Positions 24,119 through 36,843 of a stretch of DNA of 64,000 nucleotides are shown piece after piece. The number at the start of each line of letters is the position of its first letter. The stretch's first letter is position 1. Origin of the DNA: Catajapyx aquilonaris. Its lineage: Eukaryota. Under the pieces are notes generated by a model that was given only the letters and a program-made list of their open reading frames with translations, searched no databases and was not told the DNA's origin. Both the position numbers and the translations under genes were made by a program. The stretch spans positions 1 to 64,000 of the forward strand of contig JYFJ02000643.1 of the NCBI GenBank assembly GCA_000934665.2, read 5' to 3'.

Positions 24119-25453
24119 AACCACCTCTTTATGTCAGTCATCACTCATCACGATTGTACCGTGTTGTATATACAATATGCCTTCAAGCATTTATGTAAAT
24201 GATATTTGCAAGTGACATCCAAAAGTAACACAATATACTCTCATGCACTTGGGGCATTGATCACACAGGTTTTGGTATGTAGCAACATTGTATATGAAGT
24301 GGGTGTGCCCCGTAAAAATACTTTTGGCTGTAACCTCTTAGCCATACACAGAAGTATGTGTTGTTGATACCCCAGTCCGGAGTATCATTTACTGAACCCA
24401 GTACTTAGCTCATGAGCTGACCAGACTAGTCGGTACTGCAATAATTACAGTTTCTGACAACCTGAATGTAGCCCATGCAAAAGGCCCATGGTTCCATAAC
24501 GCCGACGAAAAGGGAAAAACAGTGTCACCATTTATTTCTAGTTTGACGGAGACAAGCAGGGGAGTCTAAACTCTTGATGATGCATTGTGAAATTATTTAT
24601 TCCAATAGTCAAGTCCACTACTTTGTTATTTGCTAATGTTGGCGCTTATTGTTATTATGTAGTATCATACTGTATTTTCTTGAATAATTAAAGTATCTTA
24701 CGCTGTTGTAGCTTTTATTTTCTGCTGGCCTTGTCCGTGATTGACAGAGCCTTGTCTCTATTCCCATGCAGTCTGATTGGTTGATGTCCTTTTTTGACCG
24801 TTGTGCGTGATTTCACAAATTTACGATTATGAATTGTATCAGCAAATGTTTATGCTTTTCCCATGCCCATGCCCATGCCCATGACTGTATAACTTCCTTT
24901 CATCTAGTTTAATTATTGATAACAATTCTATATAGCCAACGAATCATTTGGTTTAAAACTTTTTAACATAATTGTTCTACTACTTGATGACTTTGGGCTG
25001 TTTGTTACAAACTGACATTTTGGAGTTGCCATGACTGCATTTTCTATTTCAAGAACCTCATTCTCTGGTCAAGAAAAACACTGAATATGTGCCCCTTTCC
25101 TCTGCTGGAATATATTAATCCAGGATTTGTCATTGACAAAATAATTGAAATTAATTTTTCATGACTGGCTTTCTTCACTTATCGTAACTGTACTTGGCCA
25201 TATGCAAAGAATTAAGTGGGTTAGACTGGTCCCGGAAGATCATATCTCTCATCAGATTTGCTATCAATCAAACTAATCACGCTCATTTAAAAATTATACC
25301 TTTGGATGACTTACAAATTGACCCTCTCTTCAAAATATAATCGCCTGAAAAAGCTTTTCAGTCCACACAATAGCTTTTTGCGATTGTCTCGTACAGTTCG
25401 TGTGTCGAGGGCTTTCTAAAGTCAAAGAGAGGGTCCACTGAATTGATCACACC

Positions 25454-27600
25454 ATGCAAGTGTTTGTCATTCTTTTAATTTTCCCCCATGTTTCGAAGCA
25501 ATCATACGTTGGTGAAATCGGAAGCGAGACATTGTCTGGCGAGATAAGTCTCATAGAATGGATTGAATCCCAGCTGGATGACACCTGCCTGATTGCCTTT
25601 TCCCATGATTACGATCACCTTCCTCAAACACTAGATCAGCTAATTGGCAGATTTAATGAGAAACAGCGGATGACAGTGCAGATTCGATTGTCACAGTCCA
25701 AAAGTAACACTGCTACTGAAGTACCCTTAGATAATGTCAATATCAACCACACCTCACCAGTGACATACTGGTTCGACTGGCTGCATCTTCCCAGTGCCAC
25801 CCATCACTCCAACTGCGCCTTGTTCGTCTTCTTCCTCCGTCACCAGAACTTGGAGTCACTGATCGAGACCACTGCAGCCAGTGTCCTCCTCAACACCCGT
25901 CTGCACCACTTCGTCATCTTCACCAGGGATGGAGGGGTGGAGGAGATACTCCTTCATCCACACTCCAAGATATTGAAGTAGGAAACAAATTATTGCATTT
26001 TATAGCCTCGCTTCACATTTCAGTTTAAATTAAGTAATTAACGTTTTCTCATTATAATTCCTGTTCAGGTATAAGCTCGTGGTGGAACAGGAAACATTCT
26101 TGTCGTGGTCGGTCTGTTTCTACTGCGACAATGGAGAATCGCAAATTGTTGCGATTAACCCCATCGCTTCAAATCTTACCAATTTTTTCCCGGACTTTAC
26201 ACTTGACCTGCACAATAAGACCCTCCTCGGAATGACTCCCTATGACTTTATGACAGACCAAAATGACATTAAGAGGAAGTATTTTAACAGGGATCTGTTA
26301 AGAATTACGGATCTGTTGTACCTCGATGTAACCACGTACATGAACTGGAACCTTCAGCTGGAAGTATCTGAAAATGCTGTCTCAGTGGAGGCCAAGATGG
26401 ACGACGGAACATGGGTTGGAATAGTGGGCGACGTTTTCTACGGAAGATGTGACTTCGGCGCTATCGCAGTTTTTTTCTCGCCTCCTCTTGAAGTAATAGA
26501 TTACGCTTATGCCTGTTACATCGACAGTTTTCACTTTATCACTCGGAAAGAAAAAGTGTTAGAATCCTGGGATATGATCATTCGACCCTACACCCAAGGA
26601 ATGTGGCTTCTAACAGGACTCGCTTGTTTTGTGGGAAGCCTTCTCCTGTGGGCACTTTTGATGGCCTCAGTCAACAAAGTCAAGTCCCCATTTGAGAATG
26701 ACCCTCCTCCTCCTCCTCTCTACCGGTACTCCCTGAATTACATCCTTCTGACCATAATCGAAGCAAGCCCGAACCTGGTCCCAAAATCTGATTCATCCAG
26801 GATGTTCCTCTCTTTCTGGTGGGTGTTTGCAGTGGTCATATCATGCGGATACAAAGCCAAACTCATTGGATTTTTGACCAACCCGGATCATGAAACACTT
26901 CCCAAGTAAGTGAATAGTTTCTTGTGACCATGCATTACCATAACCTGTCTAATGGAGCAAGGATAGTGCATTTTCTCATAAATTGACAACCGTTTTAAAT
27001 CCTGACTCCTTTAACAGAAGTGTGGCTGAATTGACAAGGCGAGATGATTGGATGTGGGGGTTGCCTACATATCTCGCGCTGTACGCCCGAGTTCTACTGA
27101 GTGAATCTGATCAGGATTACCACCACAAGTATGCCGAAGAGTTGGAAACGAACGAGTCTTTCGATGAATGCCTTCAAAAAGCCATCGATGAAGACTACAT
27201 GTGTGGTGGTGCTAGAGAGCAAACGACGGAAGCAGCCTCTGAATTCCTTGACATGGCTGGAAACTGGCCTTTCGCCCGTTTCACCGACACTTCGACCACG
27301 TTTTACGTCAGCTTCTTGTTTAACAAGCATGATGTGTTGCTGCCAAGGATTGACTGCATGCTTCTCAGAATTGAATCTTCTGGGCTACTCAGGTACTACA
27401 TTGATTACTTCGATGTATGGACTTACATAAAACAGATCAACAGAGCCAGGAAGACTCGTCTCTTGTGGCCAGAGCCTTCCATGGCCTTGAATTTCAAACA
27501 AATGAAGGGTTTGTTTTATGGTTTGTTCACATTCTGCGGCGTTGCTGTCATCGCGTTTGCTACTGAATTGCTTGTATTCTATTGCAAGTGCAAGTATTGA
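25454..27600 (+). CDS. Divergent ionotropic receptor copy 2, intact, 647 aa; exons 25454-25977, 26069-26905, 27018-27600
   Basis: Open spliced frame (1944 nt), GT-AG introns, iGluR/IR S1-M1-pore-M2-S2-M3 motifs. Confidence 0.92.
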
Positions 27601-29248
27601 AACCACCTCTTTATGCTAATCATCACTCATCACGATTGTACCGTATTGTACAATATGCCTTCAAGCATTTATGCAAATAATATTTGTAAGTGGCGTCCAA
27701 AAGTAACACTATATACTCTCATGCACTTGGGGCATTAATCCCACGGATATATAGGTACGGTATGTAGCAACCTTGTATATGGAGTGGTACTCTTTTGGCT
27801 GTAACCTCTTAGCCATACACAGAAATATGTGTTGTTGATACCCCAGTCCGGAGTATCATTAACTGAACCCAGTACTTAGCTCATGAGCTGACCAGACTAG
27901 TCGGTACTGCAATAATTGCAGTTTCTGACAACCTGAATGTAGCCCATGCAAAAGGCCCATGGTTCCATAACGGCGACGAAAAGGGACAAACAGTGTCACC
28001 ATTTATTTCTAGTTTGGAGACATGCAGGGGAGTCTAAACTTGATGATGCATTGCGACATTATTTATTCCAATAGTCAAGTGCACTACTTTGTTATTTGCT
28101 AATGTTGGCGCTTATTGTTATTATGTAGTATCTGACTGTATTTTCTTGAATAATTAAAGTATCTTACGCTGTTTTAGCTTTTATTTTCTGCTGGCCTTGT
28201 CCGTGATAGACAGATCCTTGTCTCTATTCCCATGCAGTCTGATTGGCTGATGTCCTTTTTTGACCGTGGTGCATGATTTCACAAATTTCCGATTATGAAT
28301 TGTATCAGCAAATTTTTATGGCGTTTCCCCCTTAGTTGAGTCCATGACTGTGCAACTTCCTTTCATCTAGTTTAATTATTATTGATAACAATTTTATATA
28401 GCCAACGAATCATTTGGTTTAAAACTTTTTAACATAGGGTGGCTCCATTTCAGATCAGCCAGTGAATAAAACAAGGTGTCAGGTCATAGTCATCATTTTT
28501 TTTTGAAAAAAAAAAATCTGTGAAACCCACGTCCAATTGAACTCTCATGGAGCTATCAGTTTTACCAAATTAAATTTAGTTATAGAGATATTAATATTTC
28601 TTTGAAGGGGTACCAAAATCACAATCACGCGAAGACGCACTTTTTCCCGCTTTTTCCAGTGCTTTCAATGAGTATATCTCGGGAACTGTTCTGAGAACCA
28701 ACATGAAATTTTAAACTCATGCGTTTGGAATAACACACTGCCATTTAATGCATAAATTTACCTCATTTAATGGTACAGTCACCTGCAAAAAAAATCACCA
28801 ATCTTGCATATTTTGGTCAAAATGCGCATATTTCGCAATTTATTACGCCGTCATGGTAAACGTGACGGATGTGCTGATTATATTTTGTGATATACTCGGT
28901 GACCCCCTCCAGGTTATAAAATAAAACCTTCGTTAGCTCCGCCTGTAGTTGAGATATGCGAGGTGAAAATATGGCAAAAAGCGAAAACATGCATATTTCA
29001 AAAATTATTTTCTCAAAAAAGCCATTTTTAATATTTTATTTTTATTTTTTATTTTACAAGGACGGACATGTTATAAAATTAACTGGTGTCAAAACCCGGT
29101 ATATATTTTTTATACGTGAGATACAAATTTTTGTATAGTCACAACTTTTGTAATTGTCCTACAAAATGCACAATTCAAATAAATATTTTCTCGAAGAAGC
29201 CATTTTAAATATGTTTATTTTATTTTATATTTTACAAAGACCGACATC

Positions 29249-29470
29249 TTATTGTAGGGACGATAGTCCCTATAAGTAAGATCCTCGTGCAAAAGCAACA
29301 ATGAAAATTTTCCTTGTCATTGGGAGGACGTTTTTCTGTCAAGCATATCTCAAAAACCGTTGCAAGTACAGCCTTCATATTTTGAACACGTATCCGGCCC
29401 GACGTGCTGCAGTGCCCGATCCCCTACACAAAAAACCCAAGGACGTAATAGAACCCCGAAATAAAATTAT
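29249..29470 (+). mobile_element. Possible Helentron/HINE (DINE-1-like) fragment
   Basis: Hairpin tagggac-gata-gtcccta, then taagtaagatcc and an atatctcaaaaaccgttgcaagtacagccttcatattttg core; right boundary uncertain. Confidence 0.4.
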
Positions 29471-29860
29471 AAGTTAATAATTTATTATGAGCAGCAATGC
29501 ATGCAACTGGAATCCGTGTGTGACAATAGTCACACATTATTTGGAATATTATTTTGTGTAAATATCATCTCTACACTTTATGCGGAATTACGTACGCTAA
29601 CTGCTTAAATAAATATGTGCTTCACCTTATTTTCATTACATTATTATTAAATAAACAATTCATTCATTCAACTTGTTATTATATTTCATTCAGTTTCCAC
29701 GGTATCCTCCTTAGGTCAACAGTTGAGTGACTCGATTATGACTTGTTGCCAACCATCAAATATTATTGAATTTGTCTTATATACGATAACTCTATCATGT
29801 TCGTATGAATTCCATTCGATCTTCGTGTCATCAGTCCTCCTGCACCCTTCAACCACTTAA

Positions 29861-30887
29861 GGTGGAAATGAAGCTAGAGTCACTCAATGAGAATTTTATG
29901 AAAAAAACATATGTTACACGGTTTTGTGTCCTCTTATCAATGGTGCAAAGAAAAATACACGTCACCATGCAAATTAGCGAACTAGAGGGCTCAGAAGTTC
30001 GCGATTTAACATGGGCCCTTATGGCAGAATTTTCAATAGTCCACAAAAAAATGATAAGCAAATGAGAATTTTAAAATTTAATGTGTAATATGTCGGGAAT
30101 TATATACTGATCGCAACCGCAAAAAGAAAAACCTACCTCACCATGCTCTTTCAATTTGTATTGCGGAAAAACGATCCGAAAATGATCCAGTGACGTCACA
30201 TTGCTCCACTCGAGTGAGGACGTGGCAACACAGCGTTGTTTACGGTAGCGTGATACGGTTGCATACGACCGCGAAATATGAGTACAAGTTAGTATGATGG
30301 TTTTTACAATGGCTCACACAGGATTTTCGTTTGGCGGGGGTCTTTGTCAGACGTCAGAACCGTTATATTAGTTTATATAGTTATAATTATAATATAATAA
30401 TCGAATGATTCGAATCCGCCCGGCAATGACGTCACATACTGCTACGCGATAATTGGCCCGGACATTTGCTGAGTTGCCGCTTCTATCTGTCACTCGCGTA
30501 CCAACTGAACGTGTTCCAAATCCGACACAAATGAAGAGCTACAGGCTCCCCTTTCGGAACTAAACTTTTAAAAATGCCATGACAAATTGGGACCTCGTAA
30601 TTACGACCGAATAAAATCGATTTCCATCAAAAATAACAAATATTAAGCACACCTCCGAATACCATGTTTAAGTTGGCAAGTGTGAAAATGGCGCCTGCGC
30701 ACAAGAACTTGCAGCCGGTAATAGGCCCATATTAAATCGAGTTTAAAACGCAGATTCGAATGGAATGCATAGGATTGAACAGCGTTTACTGCTGCATCGG
30801 TCGCGTATGTTTCCCTGATTTTAGCCCTTCTTATTAACATTCCAATTCTAGACTCTCATTTGATTAGCAAGTCGCTTCATTTCCACC
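29861..30887. mobile_element. Kolobok-like non-autonomous DNA transposon
   Basis: TTAA|GGTGGAAATGAAGC...GCTTCATTTCCACC|TTAA: 14-bp perfect TIR, RR...YY ends, TTAA TSD. Confidence 0.8.
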
Positions 30888-31834
30888 TTAAACTAACTAA
30901 ACTGAAACTATCTTGATTTTGGTAAGTTAATGCATTTATAATTCACGCAGGCTTCGTAAACCCCTGCGGGTCGTCCTTGCCGGTATACGTAGCCCAACCA
31001 GTATAAGACTTTGGTGATGCCCCCTTTCTCCTCCCGCTGATTCGAACGGCAACCACTTACCACATAGGCATACGACGCCCGTATGATATATGACTTTAGT
31101 GTTATTCTCACTCCCAATAACCGACTTTCTTCCCTTTCTCTCACCATCGTGTACCAGGATGATGAGAGAGGCCAAGATCTTATTTCTTGTCCCTGCAATA
31201 CTAGAGTAGTATTTTGAGGAGACTTGTGTCCACATGGGAAAGTGATTGAGTGAGCATGATGGGTATAGGACCCGAACAACGCGACTACCTCCACGTGGTG
31301 GGTCCTGGGTACAGCAGGGTAGCGAATAATCACTTCTAACCACCTTATACATTTGAGAACTTAGACAGATGTCATGAAGAAGGGACTTGTGATAACGAAA
31401 TTTGGTCAGAAAGAAATTAACCAAGCAACCAACTATAAGCAGCCATCTTTCACAAGATAAAACTAATCAGAAATCATCTCTCTCCTCTCAACTGTGTACG
31501 AACCTTAATAAAACCGACCAAGAAAATCTTCTCCCCGCCCAAGATGTAAGTATCCGATCCTCCCTCTATACCAGAGTTTCCCAAACTGTGCGCCACGAAG
31601 CTTCTCCAAGTGCTCCACGAAGAGGGTGGGGAGAAAAGGAATTCTTCAATAAGCTATATACCCATTTAAATCTCTCAGTAGCTGCCGTGACCTTGAACCC
31701 AAATTTTTTTCGCCTGCGGCGCCCTTTTGTCTCTCGCCTTCCCATTTACTAATTTGGCGCCCCCCCCCCCAGATTTTTTTTATGCTTACGCCGTCGATGA
31801 CGTTAGTGCTCCGTCACAAATATCTCTGCTGAAA

Positions 31835-31869
31835 AGTGCTCCGCGACTCAAAAAGTTTGGGAACCTCTG
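31835..31869. mobile_element. Solo hAT-like terminus
   Basis: ...aaaaagtttgggaacctctg; reverse complement CAGAGGTTCCCAAAC is a typical hAT end; partner end not found. Confidence 0.45.
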
Positions 31870-31923
31870 AGATCCTATGAGTATAACTGCATGTTCAGGT
31901 TGCTTTGTCAAAAAATAGCTGCA

Positions 31924-33094
31924 ATTATCACAAAAACTAATTCCCTACGGAATTGTAAAAAAAAGGAAAGTAAGATCCAAGTAACGGATAGAAATGACTG
32001 AAACAAGACTGGGCTGCGTAAGATCTTCAACCTTATGGATAAATGTAACCCAGAGATCTTACTTCCGCATTTTACACAATAATATATTAGATTTGTATCA
32101 TGGTGATGATCAAAGCGTCTTTGTCCATCAAGGTATAGTTGTGCAATTTGGGATTATTTAATGCTTATAATAATAATATAACATAATAATAAAATAATAA
32201 TATGATAATAAGAATAAACGATAAAAATAAAAAAATGTTATTAATTGGTTCATCGATTAGCTGAGTGGCTGGAAGGTTAAATGTTTCACATTATAATAAT
32301 TCACATATAATAATATAATATATAATATTATATAATATATGTAATATAATATGTAATATATAACATATAATAATGTAATTATATATTATATGTAATGTAT
32401 ATATGTAATGTATATATGTAATGTATATATATTATATGTAATGTATATATGTAATGTATATATATTATATGTAATTATGTAATATATAACATAATATAAT
32501 ATGTAATATATAACATAATATAATATGTAATATATAACATAATATAATATGTAATATATAACATATAATAATGTAATTATATATTATATGTAATGTATAT
32601 ATGTAATGTATATATATTATATGTAATTATGTAATATATAACATAATATAATATGTAATATATAACATAATATAATATGTAATATATAACATAATATAAT
32701 ATGTAATACAATATAATACACAATATTATTTTATTATAATAATATATAATATAATATAAATAAAATTATTATTTTAATAAGGATAAAGGATAAATATAAT
32801 CCTTAAATTAATTAATTAATTTGTTCATCGATTTACTGAGTAGCTTGAATGTTTAATGGTCCACAGATTGGCTTATTAGCATTAGGATGGCTGATGGACA
32901 AAGACGCTTTGATCATCAGCATGATACAAATCTAATTATTGTGTAAAATGCGGAAGTAAGATCTCTGGGTTACATTTATCCCTAAGGTTGAAGACCTTAC
33001 GCAGCCCAGTCTTGTTTCAGTCATTTCTATCCGTTACTTGGATCTTACTTTCCTTTTTTTTACAATTCCGTAGGGAATTAGTTTTTGTGATAAT
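31924..33094. mobile_element. Foldback element with ~205-bp inverted arms around an AT-rich satellite core
   Basis: 31924-32130 is the near-perfect reverse complement of ~32892-33094. Confidence 0.88.
32305..32765. repeat. AT-rich compound minisatellite (atataatatgtaatatataacata and tatgtaatgtata units)
   Basis: Directly visible tandem units. Confidence 0.95.
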
Positions 33095-34691
33095 AAAATT
33101 AAGTAGTGTCAAAACCCGGTATATATTTCTTATACGTGAGATATAAATTTTTGTAAAGTGACATCTTTGTGCTATACAATATACACACTTAAAATAAATA
33201 TTTTCTCGAAGAAGCCATTTTGAAAATTTAATAGTTATTTTTTGTATAACAAAGTAGCATGAGTTCGATTATAAAATTATATCAAAATTCGGTATATATT
33301 TGTATTCAGTGAGATACGATTTTTTTCACGGGGGTGATTTTTGTTTCTATGCAACAACATGCACATTTCAAAAATTAATATATGGAAAACGCAATTTTTA
33401 ATGTGCAATATTCTTTTATATTTTATAAAGGAAAGACCGGTTCTGTCATAAAATAATATAAAAACATGGTATAGATTCTTGATGATGCAAATTTATGAAA
33501 AGTGGTATTTTTGCTTTCGTTTAGTGTCTTTCAACATTCTTCCACCAGTTAATTGACACCAGTTAATTTTATAACATGTCCGTCCTTGTAAAATAAAAAA
33601 TAAAGATAAAAATATTAAAAATTGCTTTTTTGAGAAAATAATTTTTGAAATATGCATGTTTTCGCATGTTGCCATATTTTCACCTCGCATATCTCAACTA
33701 CAGGAGGAGCTAACGAAGGTTTTATTTTATAACCTGGAGGGGGTCACCGAGTATATCACAAAATATAATCAGCACAACCGTCACGTTTACCATGACGGCG
33801 TAATAAATTGCGAAATATGCGCATTTTGACCAAAATATGCAAGACTGGTGATTTTTTTTGCAGGTGACTGTACCATTAAATGAGGTAAATTTATGCATTA
33901 AATGACAGTGTGTTATTCCAAACGCATGAGTTTAAAATTTCATGTTGGTTCTCAGAACAGTTCCCGAGATATACTCATTGAAAGCAATGGAAAAAGCGGG
34001 AAAAAGTGCGTCTTCGCGTGATTGTGATTTTGGTACCCCTTCAAAGAAATATTAATATCTCGATAACTAAATTTAATCTGGTAAAACTGATAGCTCCATG
34101 AGAGTTCAATTGGACGTGGGTTTCACAGATTTTTTTTTTCAAAAAAAAATGATGACTATGACCTGACACCTTGTTTTATTCACTGGCTGATCTGAAATGG
34201 AACCACCCCATAATTGTTCTACTACTTGATGACTTGATGACTTTGGGCTGTTTGTTACAAACTGACATTTTGGAGTTGCCATGACTGCATTTTCTATTTC
34301 AAGAAGCTCGTTCTCTGGTCAAGAAACTAAACACTGAAAATATGCCCCTTTCCTCTGCTGGAATATATTAATCCAGGATTTGTCACTGACAAAATAATTG
34401 AAATTAATTTTTCATGACTGGCTTTCTTCACTTATCGAAACTGTACTTGGCGATATGCATAGATTGGTCCCGGCAGATCACATCTCTCATCAGATTTGCT
34501 ATCAATCAAACTAATCACCCTCATTTAAAAATTATACCTTTGGATGACTTACAAATAGACTATCTCTTCAAAATATATACGCCTAAAAAAGCTTTTCAGT
34601 CCACACAATAGCTTTTTGCGATTGTCTCGTACAGTTCGTGTGTCGAGGGCTTTCTAAAGTCAAAGAGAGGGTCCACTGAATTGATCACACC

Positions 34692-36843
34692 ATGCAAGTG
34701 TTTGTCATTCTTTTAATTTTCCCCCATGTTTCGAAACAATCATACGTTGGTGAAATCGGAAGCGAGACATTGTCTGGCGAGATAAGTCTCATAGAATGGA
34801 TTGAATCCCAGCTGGATGACACCTGCCTGATTGCCTTTGCCCATGATTACGATCACCTTCCTCAAACACTGGATCAGCTAATTGGCAGATTTAATGAGAA
34901 AGAGCGTATGACGGTGCAGATTCGATTGTCACAGTCCAAAAGTAACACTGCTACTGAAGTACCCTTAGATAATGTCAATGTCAACCACACCTCACCAGTG
35001 ACATACTGGTTCGACTGGCTGCATCTTCCCAGTGCCACCCATCACTCCAACTGCGCCTTGTTCGTCTTCTTCCTCCGTCACCAGAACTTGGAGTCACTGA
35101 TCCAGACCACTGCAGCCAGTGTCCTCCTCAACACCCGTCTGCACCACTTCGTCTTCTTCACCAGGGATGGAGGGGTGGAGGAGATACTGCAGCATCCACA
35201 CTCGAGGATTTTGAAGTAAGAAACAATCATTGTATCTAACAGCTACACTTCACATTTTAGTTTAAATTAATTAACGTTCCCTCCTTATAATTCCTGTACA
35301 GATATAAGCTCGTGGTGCAACAGGAAACATTATTGTCGTGGTCGGTCTGTTTCTACTGTGACAATGGAGAGCCGCAAATTGTTGGGATTGACCCCACCGC
35401 TTCAAACCTCACGGATATATTCCCGGACTTCACACTTGACCTGCACAATAAGACCCTCCTCGGAATGACTCCATTTGCCTTTATTACAGACCCAAATGAA
35501 GCCATGAGGAAGTACATTAACAGAGATCAGTTAATATTTCCGGATTTTGTGTACCTCGATATAACAACGTACATGAACATGAATGTTCAGCTGGAAGTGT
35601 CGGAAACTGCTGTCTCAGTGGAAGCCAAGATGGACGACGGAACATGGGTTGGAATAGTGGGCGATGTTCTCTACGGAAGGTGTGATTTTGGAGCCATCGC
35701 AGTATTTTTCTCTCCTCCTCTAGAAGTTATAGATTACGGTTATGCCGGTTACATCGGCAGTTTTTATTTTATCTCTCGTAAAGAAAAAGTATTAGAATCC
35801 TGGGATATGATCATTCGACCCTACACCAAAGGAATGTGGCTTCTGACCGGACTCGCTTGTTTTGTGGGAAGCCTTCTCCTGTGGGCACTTTTGATGGCCT
35901 CAGTCAAGAAAGTCAAGTCCCCATTTGAGAATGACCCTCCTCCTCCTCCTCTCTACCGGTACTCCCTGAATTACATCCTCCTGACCATAATCGAAGCAAG
36001 CCCGAACCTGGTCCCAAGATCTGATTCGTCCAGAATGTTCCTGTCCTTCTGGTGGGTGTTTGCAGTGGTCATAACATGCGGATACAAAGCCAAACTCATT
36101 GGATTTTTGGCCAACCCGGATCATGAGACACTTCCCAAGTAAGTGAGGAGTGTCTTGTTGCCATTGATTTATCAAATCCTGACTCTATAATGGAGCAGGG
36201 GAAATGGGAAAGTGCATTTGCTTAAAAGTTGCAAACAGTAACTGTGACTCTTTATTTCACCAGAAGTGTGGCTGAATTGACAAGGAGAGAAGAATGGAAA
36301 TGGGGGTGTCCGACGTATCATGCATTGTACGCCCGAGTTCTGCTGAGCGAATCAGCACAGGATTACCACCACAAGTATGCCGACGAGTTAGAAACGGCTG
36401 AATCCTTCGATGAATGCCTTCAAAAAGCCATCGATGAAGACTACATGTGCGGTGGTGCCAGAGAGCACTCGGCTGAAGCAGCCTCTGAATTCCTGGACAT
36501 GGCTGGAAACTGGCCTTTTGCCCGTTTCGGCGACACTTCCACCAAGTATTATGGCAGCCTCATGTTAAACAAGCATGATGTGTTGCTGCCAAGGATTGAC
36601 TGCCTGATTCTCCGAATGGGATCTGCTGGGCTGCTCAGGTACTACATTGATTACTTCGATATATGGACTTACATAAGACAGATCAACAGAGCCAGGAAGA
36701 CTCGTCTCTTGTGGCCAGAACCTTCCATGGTCTTGAATTTCAAGCAAATGAAGGGTTTGTTTTATGGTTTGTTCACTTTATGCGGATTTGCTGTAGTCGT
36801 GTTCATTATTGAATGGCTTGTGTTTTATTGTAAGTGCAAGTAA
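34692..36843 (+). CDS. Divergent ionotropic receptor copy 3, intact, 646 aa; exons 34692-35215, 35302-36138, 36264-36843
   Basis: Open spliced frame (1941 nt); same motifs and intron positions as copy 2. Confidence 0.92.

Larger units (their letters stand above)
28437..34208. mobile_element. 5.8-kb non-autonomous TIR transposon (Sola2-like) with 656-bp TIRs, 4-bp TSD CATA and nested insertions
   Basis: TIRs 28437-29092 and 33553-34208 (GGGTGG...CCACCC); CATA at 28433-28436 and 34209-34212; empty site ttttaacataattgttc at ~24962-24978. Confidence 0.92.

Noticed and set aside
28956..33690. Twin ORFs MRGENMA... on opposite strands
   Set aside because: Mirror images produced by the 656-bp TIRs, not genes
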